Source: the human T2T-CHM13v2.0 reference genome, Homo sapiens
Length of the DNA stretch: 64,000 bases
Assembly: GCF_009914755.1 (NCBI RefSeq)
Contig: NC_060926.1
Strand: one strand, 5' to 3'
Positions 33,234 through 49,024 of the stretch are shown here, piece by piece (position 1 is the first letter of the stretch; every line of letters starts with the position of its first letter). The notes under the pieces were generated by a model. It did not search any database. It saw nothing but the letters and a program-made list of their open reading frames with translations, and had not been told where the DNA came from. The position numbers and the translations under genes are program-made.

Positions 33234-33691
33234 TAAATAATGGGAAAAGCAATATGTTAGTAGTAAGTATCTGGGTAAGTCTATCTTAGCCTTTGTTAAC
33301 AAAAACTAAGAATTGATGGGGCCTTGAGATTGAGGTAGAGATGAAAGAGGAGCTGTTAACTACAATCTTCTACATTATCAGAAAGAGTTGAAGTGTTAAT
33401 TTCACTGTTAGAAAAATGTAAGATAAAGAATCCTTTTGGAAAATATCAAGGAAACTATTAAAAATAGCATAAATATTCTCAAAACACTGAAAAAGAAATG
33501 AAATATATAGATATAGCAAAAAATAGAATGACAGGAATGTGAACAAAAATATTTAGGATAAAGAAGTTTAAAAATTATAAGTTCTTTACGGTCATGTTCT
33601 AATAAATTTGAAAATCTGAATGAAATGGACTGTTCTCTAGGAAAAGATCAAAATTGGCTTAAGAAATCTGCACTAGCAAACCGTTGCAGTC

Positions 33692-33835
33692 TTTTATTTA
33701 TTTATTTAATTTTCTGTAGAGACAGGGTTTTGCCATGTTGCCTGGACTGGTCTTGAACTCCTGAGCTCGAGCAGTCTTCCTGCCTCAGCCTTCCAGAATG
33801 CTGGGATTACAAGCATGAACCAATGTGCCTAGCCT
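33692..33835 (-). mobile_element. Alu monomer (FLAM-C-like)
   Basis: Single left-arm monomer; CAGTCTTTTAT on both flanks. Confidence 0.82.
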
Positions 33836-34974
33836 ACAGTCTTTTATAAAATTATCAAAGAATTCTTTTTTAAAATGGCTGCAAGTCCAGGTGTTTTACA
33901 AGTGGATTGTTTTAAAATTTCAACATGAAATATTTAAAGTTATTTAAACTGTCCCAGAAGGTAGAAAAATCATCCAAATTCATTTTATGCAGTTAGCATG
34001 AATCTGGTATCAAACAGTTGGCAAAATGAGAAAGAATAAGATTTAAAAGTCTCAAAGAATTATGGAGAAATTAATACCAACTGCATATGACAGAAACATT
34101 AATCCATGATTAAGTAGGGTAACATACATTCCAGAAATACAAGATTAACTTTCTAATAGAAAAATATATTTTGGCCAGGCTAAGTTTTTAGTATATTATT
34201 ATTATTTAATCCTCATAATAACTTTGTGAGATGGGTCTTTTAATTGTTACCATTTTATAGATCAAAAAAGAAATGGGGTTAGGGAGATCTGAGTGACTAA
34301 GCCGCTATCATTGTTGTGACTAGAGCTCTGTTAGTTGAAGGGGAGTGAGAGGGAATTTGCAATACTAGATTTTTACCCATATTAGAGTTGTGACTAGAGT
34401 CCTTGAGTTTACCTCCTCTCTTCCAACCTTCAAATTTATTGGAATAACAGAAGAAATTTTCTAGAGTAAACAATGTAAAATAGAAGATTTTTATTTTCAG
34501 CAGGGTGGTGGACTATATCTATTCTCCAGGTGCAGTGCAACTAAAAATGTTAAGAGAACATAAGCATGTGGTTGAGCTGGTGGCAAAGTAAAACAGTTCC
34601 TTGGAGGCCAGACATGATAAGAAACAAATCCAAAGCAAAAGAAAACATTTTAAAAAACAGAAATCAATGAAATTGAAAACAGGAAGTCAACACAACCAAA
34701 AGCTATTTCTTTGAAAAGATAATAAAATTAATAAGCTTCCAGACAGGCTAACTTAAAAAAAAAACAACAACAAACAAAAACAAACAAACAAAAAAAACGA
34801 GAGAAGGCACAGATTGCTAATACCAAAAATGATAGAGGGGACAGTACTGTAGATTCCATGTTCATAGATAGGAAGACTCAATATTGTTAAGATGTCTGTT
34901 CTTCCCAACTTGATCTATAGATACAATGGAAATCCTATTCAAAATCCTAACAAGTTATTTTGTGAGTACCAACT

Positions 34975-36957
<1,983 letters not shown>

Positions 36958-37419
36958 TGGAAACGCAGAGCTCACACCCTTCTGATGAACAGACAGAAGT
37001 GTCAGATCCTTTTCTATGCTAGCAAAGGATTTTAAGGGTTTGGAATTCTCTAAAAGTGTAAAGCTCTTAGGAGGGCGTTACTTGGCAAAGCAGTGCTTTA
37101 TCCCATTCTCTTGTTTGCCTGTTCAAACTTCCCACCCATTGTAGACCCACTTGCTGTGTTATTGCAGGTTAAGCCCCCAAGACCCTTTTCTCTCACCTTT
37201 TTTGTTCACTTCCCATCCCCTTTCCTTTTCAGGTCATCCTCCATGCCCTTCTGATGTCCACATGTCTCTTCATTTTCTTCTCAGGCCTCCTCTTTCTCTC
37301 ACCATCTAAGTTATTGAAATTCTTGAAATCCTAAGCAGGCCTGGCACTGAGAGGTAAGCACCTGAGAGTGTCAGTCTTCCCTAGATAAATGGAACTGTGT
37401 GCAGATCTGGGACTGCTGG

Positions 37420-37595
37420 AAGGGTGTGAGGTAGGGATTTAAGGATGGCGCAAGTAGGGTGGGGCTAAAAAAGACCTTGTCTTCTTTATATAGGAGCATC
37501 GAGATTAAAGGGTGTGAGGTAGGGGTTTAAGGATGGCGCAAGTCAGGTGGGGCTAAAAAAGACCTTGTCTTCTTTATATAGGAGCATCGAGATTA
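37420..37595 (+). repeat. 88-bp tandem duplication (2 copies)
   Basis: 37420-37507 and 37508-37595 differ at 3 positions. Confidence 0.95.
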
Positions 37596-38480
37596 AACAC
37601 TGAATTCAGCAGTGTTCAATTCATTTCTTATTTTCCACTGTATTTCATTTCAACCCATCCTCTATATTTTGTGAGCCCAAAGCCTTTAGATATGTGTAGA
37701 GGAAGGTGTGATACAGCTTTCAACTTCTTGAAATTTGCCCAAGAAATACTTTGTATCATGAGGTCTGCAGTTATTTATACAAATCCCTGAAAATATTTCA
37801 TGGCAAATCTGTAGCACCCAGTTGAGATGAGACCAAACTGGAAAAATCTCTGTGGCTGTGGTTATTGTCAGTTCTGTAAGATGAAGATGGGACCAGTGAC
37901 AAGAATGTGCACTATTTACTGAGCACTCACCTGCACGGGGCCATGTGCTTTTCAGACATTGCCTCTTTCAGTCTTGAGCACAATGCCAGTTGTGCCATCC
38001 CCTGACATATAGATGAGATGAAGATCCAGACATAACCAGCAAGGGCAGGGCTGGGATGCGATCCATGTGTGCCTGGTTCCCAGGGTTCGCATGTTTGCAG
38101 TGTTCTCTCCATAATGGTTTGCCTTAATGAAGAGAGGATTCAGGATGTCCAGTTTCAGCCTCACTGGCTGGGCTGGAATCTTCCATTGACCCTTCCACTC
38201 TACATTCCTCCCTGGCCTGGGATGCTCACTCGAGTGGGCTTCTTGCTGCGCTTGGCCAGTGGGGGTTGCCATCAGGAGACAACAGGGCATCTGCTTCTCC
38301 AGGGCATCCCCCAGGGCACAGTGCTTTGTGACTCAAGGGTCTGCCCCTCTTGGTTTCCCTAAACCTCACTCCTCTCTTTGTAAACAGCCCCTTTATAAAT
38401 TACGCACCTTGAGGGTGTCATCTGCTTTCTTTCAGGAGCAGGACTGACTCACTAGCATCACTCCTAAATAATGTGAACTT

Positions 38481-38766
38481 GTTTTGATTTTTTGTTTGAG
38501 GCAGAGTCTCTCACAGTGTTCCTAGGCTGGAGTGCAGTGGCATGGTCTTGGCTCATTCTGGGCTCAAGCAATCCTTTCACCTTAGCCATCTCAGTAGCTG
38601 GGACTATAGGCATGCGCCACCATGCTCGGCTAATTTTTAAAATATTTGTAGAGATGGGGTCTTGCTATGTTGCCAGGCTGGTCTTGAACTCCAGGGCTCA
38701 AGTGATCCTTCTGCCTCGGCTTCCTAAAGTGTTGGGATTACAGGTATGAGCCACTGCACCTGCCCA
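38481..38766 (-). mobile_element. Alu (AluJ, small internal deletion), antisense
   Basis: Reverse Alu; TSD ATAATGTGAACTT / ATGATGTGAACTT. Confidence 0.88.
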
Positions 38767-40869
38767 ATGATGTGAACTTTTAGTAAGTCACTTCAGTTAT
38801 CTGGGCCCAACTTGCTTTACCTGTCAAGCAGGGACCATGGTGCCTGGTCTCCCAGATTGTGAATGTCAAAGAAAACAGGTAGAGAGGCACTTTGGAAGAT
38901 AAACACTCCTCAGAATGGGAGCTAGCAGTGTAATTCCACAAGGCACAGAATGGGCATTCACTGCATAGCCTGACTGGAAGTGGAGCATCCTTTGTGAGAA
39001 AAGGAAACCTCTGAGACAGTGAATATGTTCCCATTTTGAAAAGCTTGATGCAATCAAAATAGAAGAAAGAGCACCGCTGAAGAGAATAAGAGAAGAGATC
39101 TTTGTTTTGTTTTTGCTTGTTTCTTTGTGGTAGTGACAGCGTATTTCATGTAGGAACCTGTGACAAAGCTCCCCATAATAAACATCAGAAAGTCAAGGAT
39201 GATGGTTTTGGCCAAGGAGCAAATGACACATGCCACAGCTCTCCTGGCAGGTCCCCTTTTCGAGATTGTGTCCTCCCGGATAGGACTCTCAAGCAGCTGC
39301 AACAGGCATCTTCCAGCTGGGAAAGGCCACTTGACCTCTTTTTCTCTTTCGAAAGCCGGGCAGCTGTGAGTCCAGGCTTGTCACTCCTGGGTGCAGGCTC
39401 AGGAATTGAAGGCGGGTCTGCCAAGCCACACACCCTCGTTGAAACACCTCTGCTCTGTGGCCAGGCTTTTCAGCCCCTCCCCACTCCCCATCAGCAGTGG
39501 CTTCTGGAATCTCCCTGTCTGTAGAATGAGAATAGTTACATCAAAATTTCTTCCCAAGGAGCTAATTGGAATATTGTAATACAAATATTTGCAGAGAATT
39601 AATACTGAGAGATGCTAAAGGAGAATTTAGCTCATGTAATTACTAATCAGTGTCTTTTTTCCAGGTACTCTGTAAGGGAGCTGAAACTTCCAGCCTTTCT
39701 TCCTATTCACAAACCCACCTTTACCCGCCCCCAATGCTGGACTTTGGTTTTTCATATTGCTTTTGCAGAACTTTAAAACATTTGAATCTTTCCCTGATGA
39801 GTTTTTGTCCTGAGGGGCCAGTGCAGTTTTCTTGCCACTTTGTTTTCCTCTCATATAACTTTTCCCTGTCAATAAGGCATTTAGGCTGAGAGAAAAAGTT
39901 ATTGAGCATGTGCATCCAAATTTGAGATGATTGTTATTTCATTACCTAATGACTTTAACTTCTTTGATACTGTGTTTGTCTTATGAATATAATGGCTTTC
40001 TCACTTTAATGAAAAGTTATACAATAAAATTGAAAAGTAAGTACTGTATCTGTAAAAATTAATTCCTTTCTAAATGTAAAGAATTAATGAGACCAGACTT
40101 TTTATTTTTTATTTGTACAAATCTATGGGATACATGAGAAATTTTGTTACATGTGTATAATGTGTGGTGATCAAGTCACCACACGGGTATTTGGGGTGTC
40201 CACCCGAGTACAATACATCTTTGTTAAGTATAGTCACCCCAGTCAGCTGTTGAACATTGAATTTTTTCCTTCTAACTTACTGTATGTTTGTACACTTTAA
40301 CCCAGTTCTCCTTATCCTCTTCCTCCCACCACTCATGATTCCCAGTCTCTGGTATCTGTCTTTCCCTCTCTACCACTATGTGATCAAATTTTTTAGCTTC
40401 CACATATAAGTGGAAACATGTGACATTTGTCTTTTTTGCTTGGCTGTTTTCACTTAAAATAATGACCTCTGGTTTTATCCATGTTGCTGCAAATGACATG
40501 ACTTCATTCTTTTTGTGGCTGAATAGTGTTTCATTGTGTATATGTACCACATTTCCTTTATCCATTCGTCCGCTGATGGGCACTTAGTTTGATTCCATAT
40601 CTTTGCTATTGTGAATAGTGCTGCAATAAACATGGGGGTGATATATATCAGTATATCATATTGATTTCTTTTCCTTTGGGTAGATACCCAGTAGAGGGAT
40701 TGCAGGATCCAGTGGTAATTCTAATTTTAGTTTTTTGAGAAATCTTACTTTTCCATAGTGGCTGTTTAAATTCTCACCAACAGTGGGTAAGAATTCTTTT
40801 TATCTACATCCTTGCCAACATCTGTTATTTTTGTCTTTAATAATAGCTCTTCTGACTGGGGTAAGATGA

Positions 40870-41301
<432 letters not shown>

Positions 41302-44300
41302 TAAAAAAAAAATTCAACTGTGGAGCTGTTTGAGTTCCTTGTGTATTCAGAATATTAGTCCCCTGTTGGATGAATAGTTTGCAGATATTTTCTACTATTC
41401 ATTAGGTTGTCTCTTCACTCTGTTGATCATTTCCTTTTCTGTGTCAAGTATTTTTAGTTTATTATAATCCTATTTGTCTATTTTTGTTTTGTTGCCTGTG
41501 CTTTTGAGGTCTCAGTCATAAATTCTTTCCCTGAGAGTTTTCCCTAGGCTTTCTTATGCTGTTTTTTATAGTTTCATGTCCTATGTGTAAATCTCTAATC
41601 TATTTTTAGTTTATTTTTGTATATGATGAGAGATAGGGGTCCATTTTCATTCCTCTGCATCTGGTTAACCAATTTTCTCAGTACCATTTATTGAAGAGGG
41701 TGAACTTTCCACAGTGTTTAGTTCTTTTTGGCTTTGTCGAAGATCACTTGGCCATAAATATGTGTCTTTATTTCTGGTTTCTTTATTTTGTTCCATTGGT
41801 CTACGTGTCCGTTTTTATAACAGTACCATGCTGTTTTGGTTACTATATCCTTGTAATATGTTTTGAAGTGAGTCATTGTGATGCCTGCAGCTTTTGTCTT
41901 TTCGTTCAGGATGACTTTGAGCTCTTTTTCTGTTTCCATATGAATTTTAGGATTGCTTTTTTGATTCTGTGAAAAGTGATGTTGGTATTTTGATGGGGAT
42001 TGCATTGAATCTGTAGATTGCTTTGGGCAACGTGGTTATTTTAATGATACTAATTTCTCTTATCCATGAGCATGGGACCTTTTTCCATTTTATTTGTGTC
42101 CTCTTCAATTTCTTTCATCAGTGTTTTATAGTTTTCCTTATAGAGATTTTCCACTTCCTTGGTTAAATTTATTCCTAGGTATTTTATTTTATTTTTGTAG
42201 CTATTGTAAATGGAATTGCCTTCTTGATTTCTTTCTCAGCTAGATCACTATGGGTATAGAAATGCTACTGATTTTTATATGTTGGTTTTGTATCCTGCAA
42301 CTTTACTCAATTTATTTATTAGATAAAAGAGATTTTGGTGGAGTATTAAGGTAGATACAAGGCCATAGCATCAGCAAGGAGGGCCAATTTAATTTCCTCT
42401 TTTCCATTCTGGATGCTTTTTATTTCTTTCTCTTGCCTGAGTGCTCTAGCTAGGATTTCCAGTACTACATTGAATAGCAGTGGTAAACTGGGGCATCCTT
42501 GTCTTATTTCAGTTCTTAGAGGAAAGGCTTTTAGCTTTTCTTCATTCAGTATGATGTTAGCTGTGGGCTTGTCATAGCCTTTCTTATTTTGAGGTAAGTT
42601 TCTTCTATGCCTAGTTTGTTGAGAGTTTTTATCGTGGAGTGATGTTGAATTTTTTAAAATGCTTTTTCTGCATCTGTTGAGATGATCATATGGTTTTTTT
42701 CCTTCATTTTGTTGATGTGATATGTCACATTTATTGATTTGTATATGTTGAACTATCCTTGCATCCCTGGCATAAATCCCATTTGATAATGGTGTATTAT
42801 GTTTTTAATGTGCTGTTGGATTTGGTTTGCTTGTATTTTGTGGAGGACTTTTGCATATATGTTCATTCACCAGGGATATTGGCCTGTAGTTTTCTTTTCT
42901 TGTTATGTCTTTGTCTGGTTTTGGTATTAGGGTAATGCTGGCTTCATAGAATAAGTTAAGGAGAATTCTCTTCTCTTCAATTTTTTGGAATAGTTTCAGG
43001 AGGGTTGGTGTTATTTCTTTGTATGTTTGGTAGGATTCAGTTTGAATCCATTTAGTCCTGGGCTTTTTTTGTTGGGTAATTTTTTTATTACTGATTCAAT
43101 CTTGGTAGGTTTTATGTTTCTGGGAATTTATCCATTTTCTCTGTGTTTTCTAATTTGTGAGCAAATAGTTGTCCATAGTAGTCTCTGATGATATTTTTGT
43201 AATTCTGTGGTATCGCTTGTAATATCTTCTTTTTCATTTCTGATTTTATTTGGGTCTTCTTTCCTTGATTAATTTAGCTAACCGTGTATCAATTTTTTTT
43301 ATCTTTTGGGAGAATCAATTTTTCATGTTGTTGAGTCTTTGTATTTTTTTAAGTCCCTACTTTATTTAGTCCTGCTCTGATCTTTATTATTTCTTTTTGT
43401 CTATTTTTGGGCTTGGTTTGTTCTTGCTTTTCTATTTCTTTGAGGTATATTGTTTGATTGTTACTTTGTACTCTTTCTACTTTTTTTGATGTAGGCATTT
43501 ATTGCTGTAAACTTCCCCCTTTGCACTGCTTTTGTTGTACCCCATCAGTTTTGCTTTATTGTTTCTTCATTTTTATTTCTTTCAGTTTTTTTAAATTTTC
43601 ATATTAATTTCTTTTTTATCCAGTGGTTATTCAGAAGCATGCTGTTTAATTTCCATGTTTTTGTATAGTTTCCAAAGTTCCTCATGGTATTGATTTCTAG
43701 TTTTATCCATTGTGGTCTGAGAAAATACTTGATATGATTGTGGTTTGTTAAGTTTTGTTGAGACTTGTTTTGTGGCCTAACATATGGTCTATCCTGGAGA
43801 ATGTTCCATGTGCTGATGAAAGAATGTATATTCTCTAGTCAGATAGAATGTTCTGTAAAGATCTGTTAGGACCAATTGCTCTAAAGTTTAGTTTAAATCC
43901 AATGCTTTTTGATTTTCTGTCGAGGTGATCTATCTAATGCTGAGTGGGAGAGATGAAGTCTCTGACTGTTATTGTATTGCATCTGTCTCTCCTTAGATCT
44001 AATAATATTTGCTTTATTAATATGAGTGCTCCAATATTCTAGACATATATATTTAGAATAATTATATCCTCTTGCTGGATTGATCCCTTTATCATTATAT
44101 AATAACCTTTTTTTCTTTTCTTTTCTTTTTTTCACTGTTTTTGACTTAAAGTCTATTTTATCTCATCAGTACAGCTACACCTGCTTAATTTTGGTTTTCA
44201 TTTGTATGAAATATGTACATCACTTTACTTTCAGATGTGTCTTTACTGGTAAGGTGAGTTTCTTGTAAGAGGCGTATAGTTAGATCATGTTTCTTAATCC

Positions 44301-44797
44301 ATTCAGCTATTCTATATCTTTTAAGTGGAGAATTAAATCTGTTTGTGTTCACAGTTATTGATATGTGAGGTTTTGTTGTCTTTTCTGGTTGTTTCATATA
44401 TTCTTTGTTCCTTTCTTTTTCTCTTATTGATTGTTGTTGTGGTTGGTGGGTTTCTATAGTGGTACCATTTCTCTTCCTATTTTATGTGATTGCTTTACCA
44501 GTGAGTTTTATACTTTCATTTGTTTCCATGATGGTAAATGTTATTTTGCTTCCAGGCTTAAAATTCCCTTGAGCATTTATTGTGGGAGTCGTCTAGTGGT
44601 AATGAATTCCCTCAGCATTTGCTTGTCTAGGAAAGACTAGTTCTCTTTCATTTATGAAGGATAATTTTGCTGGATATAGTATTCTTGGCTGACATTTTTT
44701 TTTTTTTCTTCTCAGCACTTTGAGTATATCATACCATTCTCTTCTGGCCTATAAAGTTTCTGCTGAGAAACTCACTCTTAGGCTGATGGGGTTTTCT

Positions 44798-45099
<302 letters not shown>

Positions 45100-47857
45100 G
45101 GGGTTTTCTTGATAGGTAACTGTATGCTTTTCTCTTGCTCTTTTTAGGATTCACCCTTTATCTTTGACTTTAGACAGCTGGACTATAATGTGTCATGGCG
45201 AAAACGCTTGCAGAATGTATCTTCCTGGAGATCACTGAGTCTCCTGTATTTGAATGTCTAAATCTCTAGACTTAGGAAGTTTTCATCTATTATTTTATTA
45301 ATTAAATTTTCTAACCTTTTCTCTGTCTCTTTACTCTCAGGGATACTAATAACTCGAATATTTGATCACTTTGTGTTTTCCCAAGTGTCATGAAGGCTTT
45401 ACTCATTCTGTTTTATTCTTTTTCTTTTTGTCTGACTGGATTATTTCAAAAATGCTATCTTCAAGTTCTGAGATTCTTTATTCTCCCTTATGCAATCTAT
45501 TTTTGAAGCTTTCAAATGTATTATATATTTCCTTCAATGAATTCTTCAGTTCTGGAATTTCTGTTTGGTTCTTTAAAAAAAATCTATCTCTTTGATAAAT
45601 TTTTCATTCATATCCCATATTGTTTTTCTGATTTCTTTGTATTGTTTTTCAGAGTTCTCTTGTATATCACTGAGCTCCTTTAAAATCAATATTTCAAATT
45701 TTTTATCTGGGATTTCAGAAATTTATTTTTGATTAAGATCTATTGCTTGAGAATTCTGATGTTCCTTTAGAGGCGTCACATTTCCTTAATTTTTCATGTT
45801 TCATTTGTCCTTAAGTGGATCTCTGCACATCTGGTGTAACTGTTGCTTCTTCTTGTTTTTGAAATTTCTTTCATAGAAGAAGACTTTTTCCTAAAGATAT
45901 ATCTATGGTTTTGGTTGAGTAGGGTACTTTGGCTTTGATTCTGGATGCACGTAGTAATGTAGTCTCTGTATGATTTTTTAGGCTGTAAGTAGTGTTGGTG
46001 GCATCCATGATTTCCCCACTGGGTTAGGGTGAAGTTATTAGTGGAGGCTGTGGTGAAGTTGTACTAGGGATTGGGATGCCAAATGGGCCAGTCTTCAGGC
46101 CCTAGTGATGACAGCAATGGGCTAAGTGTGCCTGTTTGTGCCCAGGGCTGTATAGCTGGCATCTCTGTTGGCAGTTATTTGGCAGGCTGATTTCTGGGCC
46201 TCCAGGTGGCTTGTTCAGTTGCTGGTAGTGGCAGCAATGGATTGGGTGTGTAGGTGGGTTTTTGGGCCTTTGGGCAGCTGGCATAGCATGAGCAATGGCA
46301 GTAGCAGTAGCAGGACGATTCTCTGGGTCCCAAGTGGTGTGCATTGATGTTGGTGGTTGCTGTGATGGACTGGGTAAGACAACCTCTTGGCCTTCAGGTG
46401 ACACTTGCAAGGAGGTACCAGGTGATGTGATGGTGGCTGGGAGTTTAGGCCCAACCATAGGCCCCAGAAAGATGCTCAGGTACCCAAGGTGGTGGATTGA
46501 ATTGCACAGTTCCCAGGACCCCAGAATATGTGCCCTGTCTGAAAGAGGGGGCAAAGCTGGGCTGTGCAGGTTTGTGCTCAGGCCCCTTGGTGAGAGCAGG
46601 CACCACCATTGGTGGCCAGGATAAGGTGATCCTCAGGCCCCAGGCAGAGTGCTCAGGTAAGGGATGATGGCAGCTGTGCTAAAGTGCTACCACTGGACAG
46701 AGTGTGGCTGTGTTCTGTGGCCACAGCCTGGGCTGGTAGGTGAGAATGTATGTCCTTCCCACAGTCCCAGTGGGGCTTGCTTTCCAGCCTTGACAATGTT
46801 AGCCCATGCCTGTCTCACCCTCCCACCCTGGCTGCAGGAGGCCCCATTTCAGCTGGTGAGCAAGTCCCAGTGGCAACTTACACCCTTTCAGCATCCTAAT
46901 TTCTGTCCCAGCAGCACTCACTTCCTGGCATCAGCAACTGCAACCCTTTCCTTGTTTGTTTCTTAGCCCTGGCTGTGGAAGTGCTTGCAGCTCACTCCCC
47001 ATTCCCAGCAGCAACAATCTGGGTTTCTGTAACACCTCAGTCCCAGTGCCTCTGGGCCCCAGGACAGCATGCAATCTACCCAAGGCTAGGTTTGAAAATG
47101 GTGTCTTGCTGTAGTTGCTTAGGTTTCAGAAAGGTGTGGGATCCAGTGCAAACTCCATCTCTGGAGCAGTTCCATCCCATGGTCTCCCAGCAGCTCCCTA
47201 TGTTAGCTTCAGTGGTTGGGAGGGTTGAGGGGTCTCTCATGGCCAGGATTACATGAGTTCATGCTGGGGATCTGGGCCACTGGAAGTCTCTTATTCACCC
47301 TTTCCCTGAATTGGGAAGTCACTCCCAGCTCCTAGTTGATCCTGGCTAGGCAGGCTGCTTGTCTCCCTTCTCCTTCCCTGCTTTTGGTGTTTCCTGCCAC
47401 TTCTCTGTTGAATTCCAGTGTTCTCTCTTGGATAATGTATTCAAAGTGTGACTGTCTACACACTGTTTTTGTTCTAAGTGGAAGAGGCTGGCATGAAATG
47501 CTTCTAGTAGCCATCTTTGTCTGTGCTATTTCTAATACTACATTGCTGTACCTAGGTAAATTCCTCTGGGAAAGTTGAGACCCATGTTCACAAAATAAAG
47601 AAAGAGGCCACAAGGATAAAAGAAGGGTCACCTAATTCCTCATGGTTATTTCATTTATTCATTTGGTTGCCTTTAAACCTACATTCATGGCTCAAAATCA
47701 TCATGCAAACTGGGATTCTCATATTACTATTGATTTTAATTTTCCTTTATATTTTCCTTTTTTAAACTTCCTGTCTGTTACTTGTCAAATCTCAGTAGAA
47801 GTACACCTTCTAACAGAATAATACTGGCCCTGCATTTTGAGATGATGATAGCAAATG

Positions 47858-48566
47858 TTTACAGAACAGACAAAATCAAACTTAACAGTAGACTTCAAGT
47901 AGACCTAGCCTGAGAGCCACTCTCTCCAAACTTCCCATTTGTTCAAACATGGCTAAAGGGTTTTGACACTGACTCCTAGTCACCATCAAATCCCTCCAAT
48001 GTGAGACCAGACCAGCCACCTAGGACAGGTCTATCCTGGCACGAAGGAATAATATGGGATGACTCACTGGGGATGCTTTCTGATAAAGATCTTGATCAAA
48101 TGGGGGAAATGTGGAAGTTGTCAGAATTATAAAGGAGTCACTTGTGCTTAAAAAAAAAAACAAAACTGACAAATAGAGTCATGGAAGGCCAGGAAAGAAG
48201 GGTTCTCCCTGCATAAATCACTGATAACAAGAGCCATCACAAGACTGAAAAAATGAAAACCTTGCACAAAGGCCATGACAATCTTAAACACACACAAAGA
48301 CTCCTGCAAGGACCTCTGCCCAGCAACTCCCTGTCCAACCCTGGACTGGCACCACCCTTATTATCCTTGTAGCCAAGGATAATTGTCTCAAAATAATTAT
48401 GTAATCCTCCTTATTTTCCTCTAAGAACCATTGTCTTCCTTTACCTCTTCAAAAACACGCATAGTTTACTATGGCACATGTATTCCCATTGCAATGCCCT
48501 ATTCCCCAATACATATCATTTTCTTTCTTTTAGAGAGCCTCTCTCTGTTATCTATCTAGGTTGACA
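47858..48566 (+). mobile_element. ERV1 3' internal remnant, polypurine tract and complete LTR (MER65-like, 48110-48566)
   Basis: AAATGGGGGAAA PPT immediately before TGTGGAAGTTGTCAGAAT..GGAGTCACT; LTR ends CTAGGTTGACA (TG..CA). Family name recalled. Confidence 0.72.
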
Positions 48567-48569
48567 GAG

Positions 48570-48766
48570 ATGATGGAGTAGAGCTGCCCCAGTTAAGGTA
48601 TTCCAACAGACAGAGGCCCCAGTTGACCCACATTCAACTGAGCCCAACCTAAGTCAGCTGACTGACCCCCTACTAACCCCCGAGCTATGATAATAAATGA
48701 CTGTTGCTTTAAGCCATTGAATTTTAAGACAAGACAGTTTGTTACACAGAAATAGATAAGTGATAC
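48570..48766 (+). mobile_element. MLT1-type LTR 3' fragment
   Basis: AATAAATGACTGTTGCTTTAAGCCATTGAAATTT..TTTGTTACACAGAAATAGATAAGTGATACA. Confidence 0.72.
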
Positions 48767-49024
48767 AATGCCTTATGAGCTAATGATGGCAACTTGGAAA
48801 GCAATGCTCCAGGTGGTTTTTACATGATCTCTTTGTAATGTTTGCTTCTGCCTAGTGAATGTCCCAGGCCATAACATTTTAGGCACTTTGTTTATAGCTG
48901 GTTGCAATCCTACAGTCTCATCATACATAGGGCAATAACCAGGAACAGAGCAATCAGAACCTTCCCCACTCACCCCCCGACCCACCACCCCAAATACAAA
49001 GAGAGCTCACATTACGGTAGTCTA

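Noticed and set aside
39102-39524. 140-aa ORF in unique GC-richer DNA
   Set aside because: Non-ATG start, no recognisable domain, overlapping ORFs of similar length in several frames; consistent with chance.
46102-47631. Cluster of 80-150 aa ORFs in GC-rich sequence
   Set aside because: Lies in the 5' UTR region of the decayed L1MA-type element; stop-poor because of composition.
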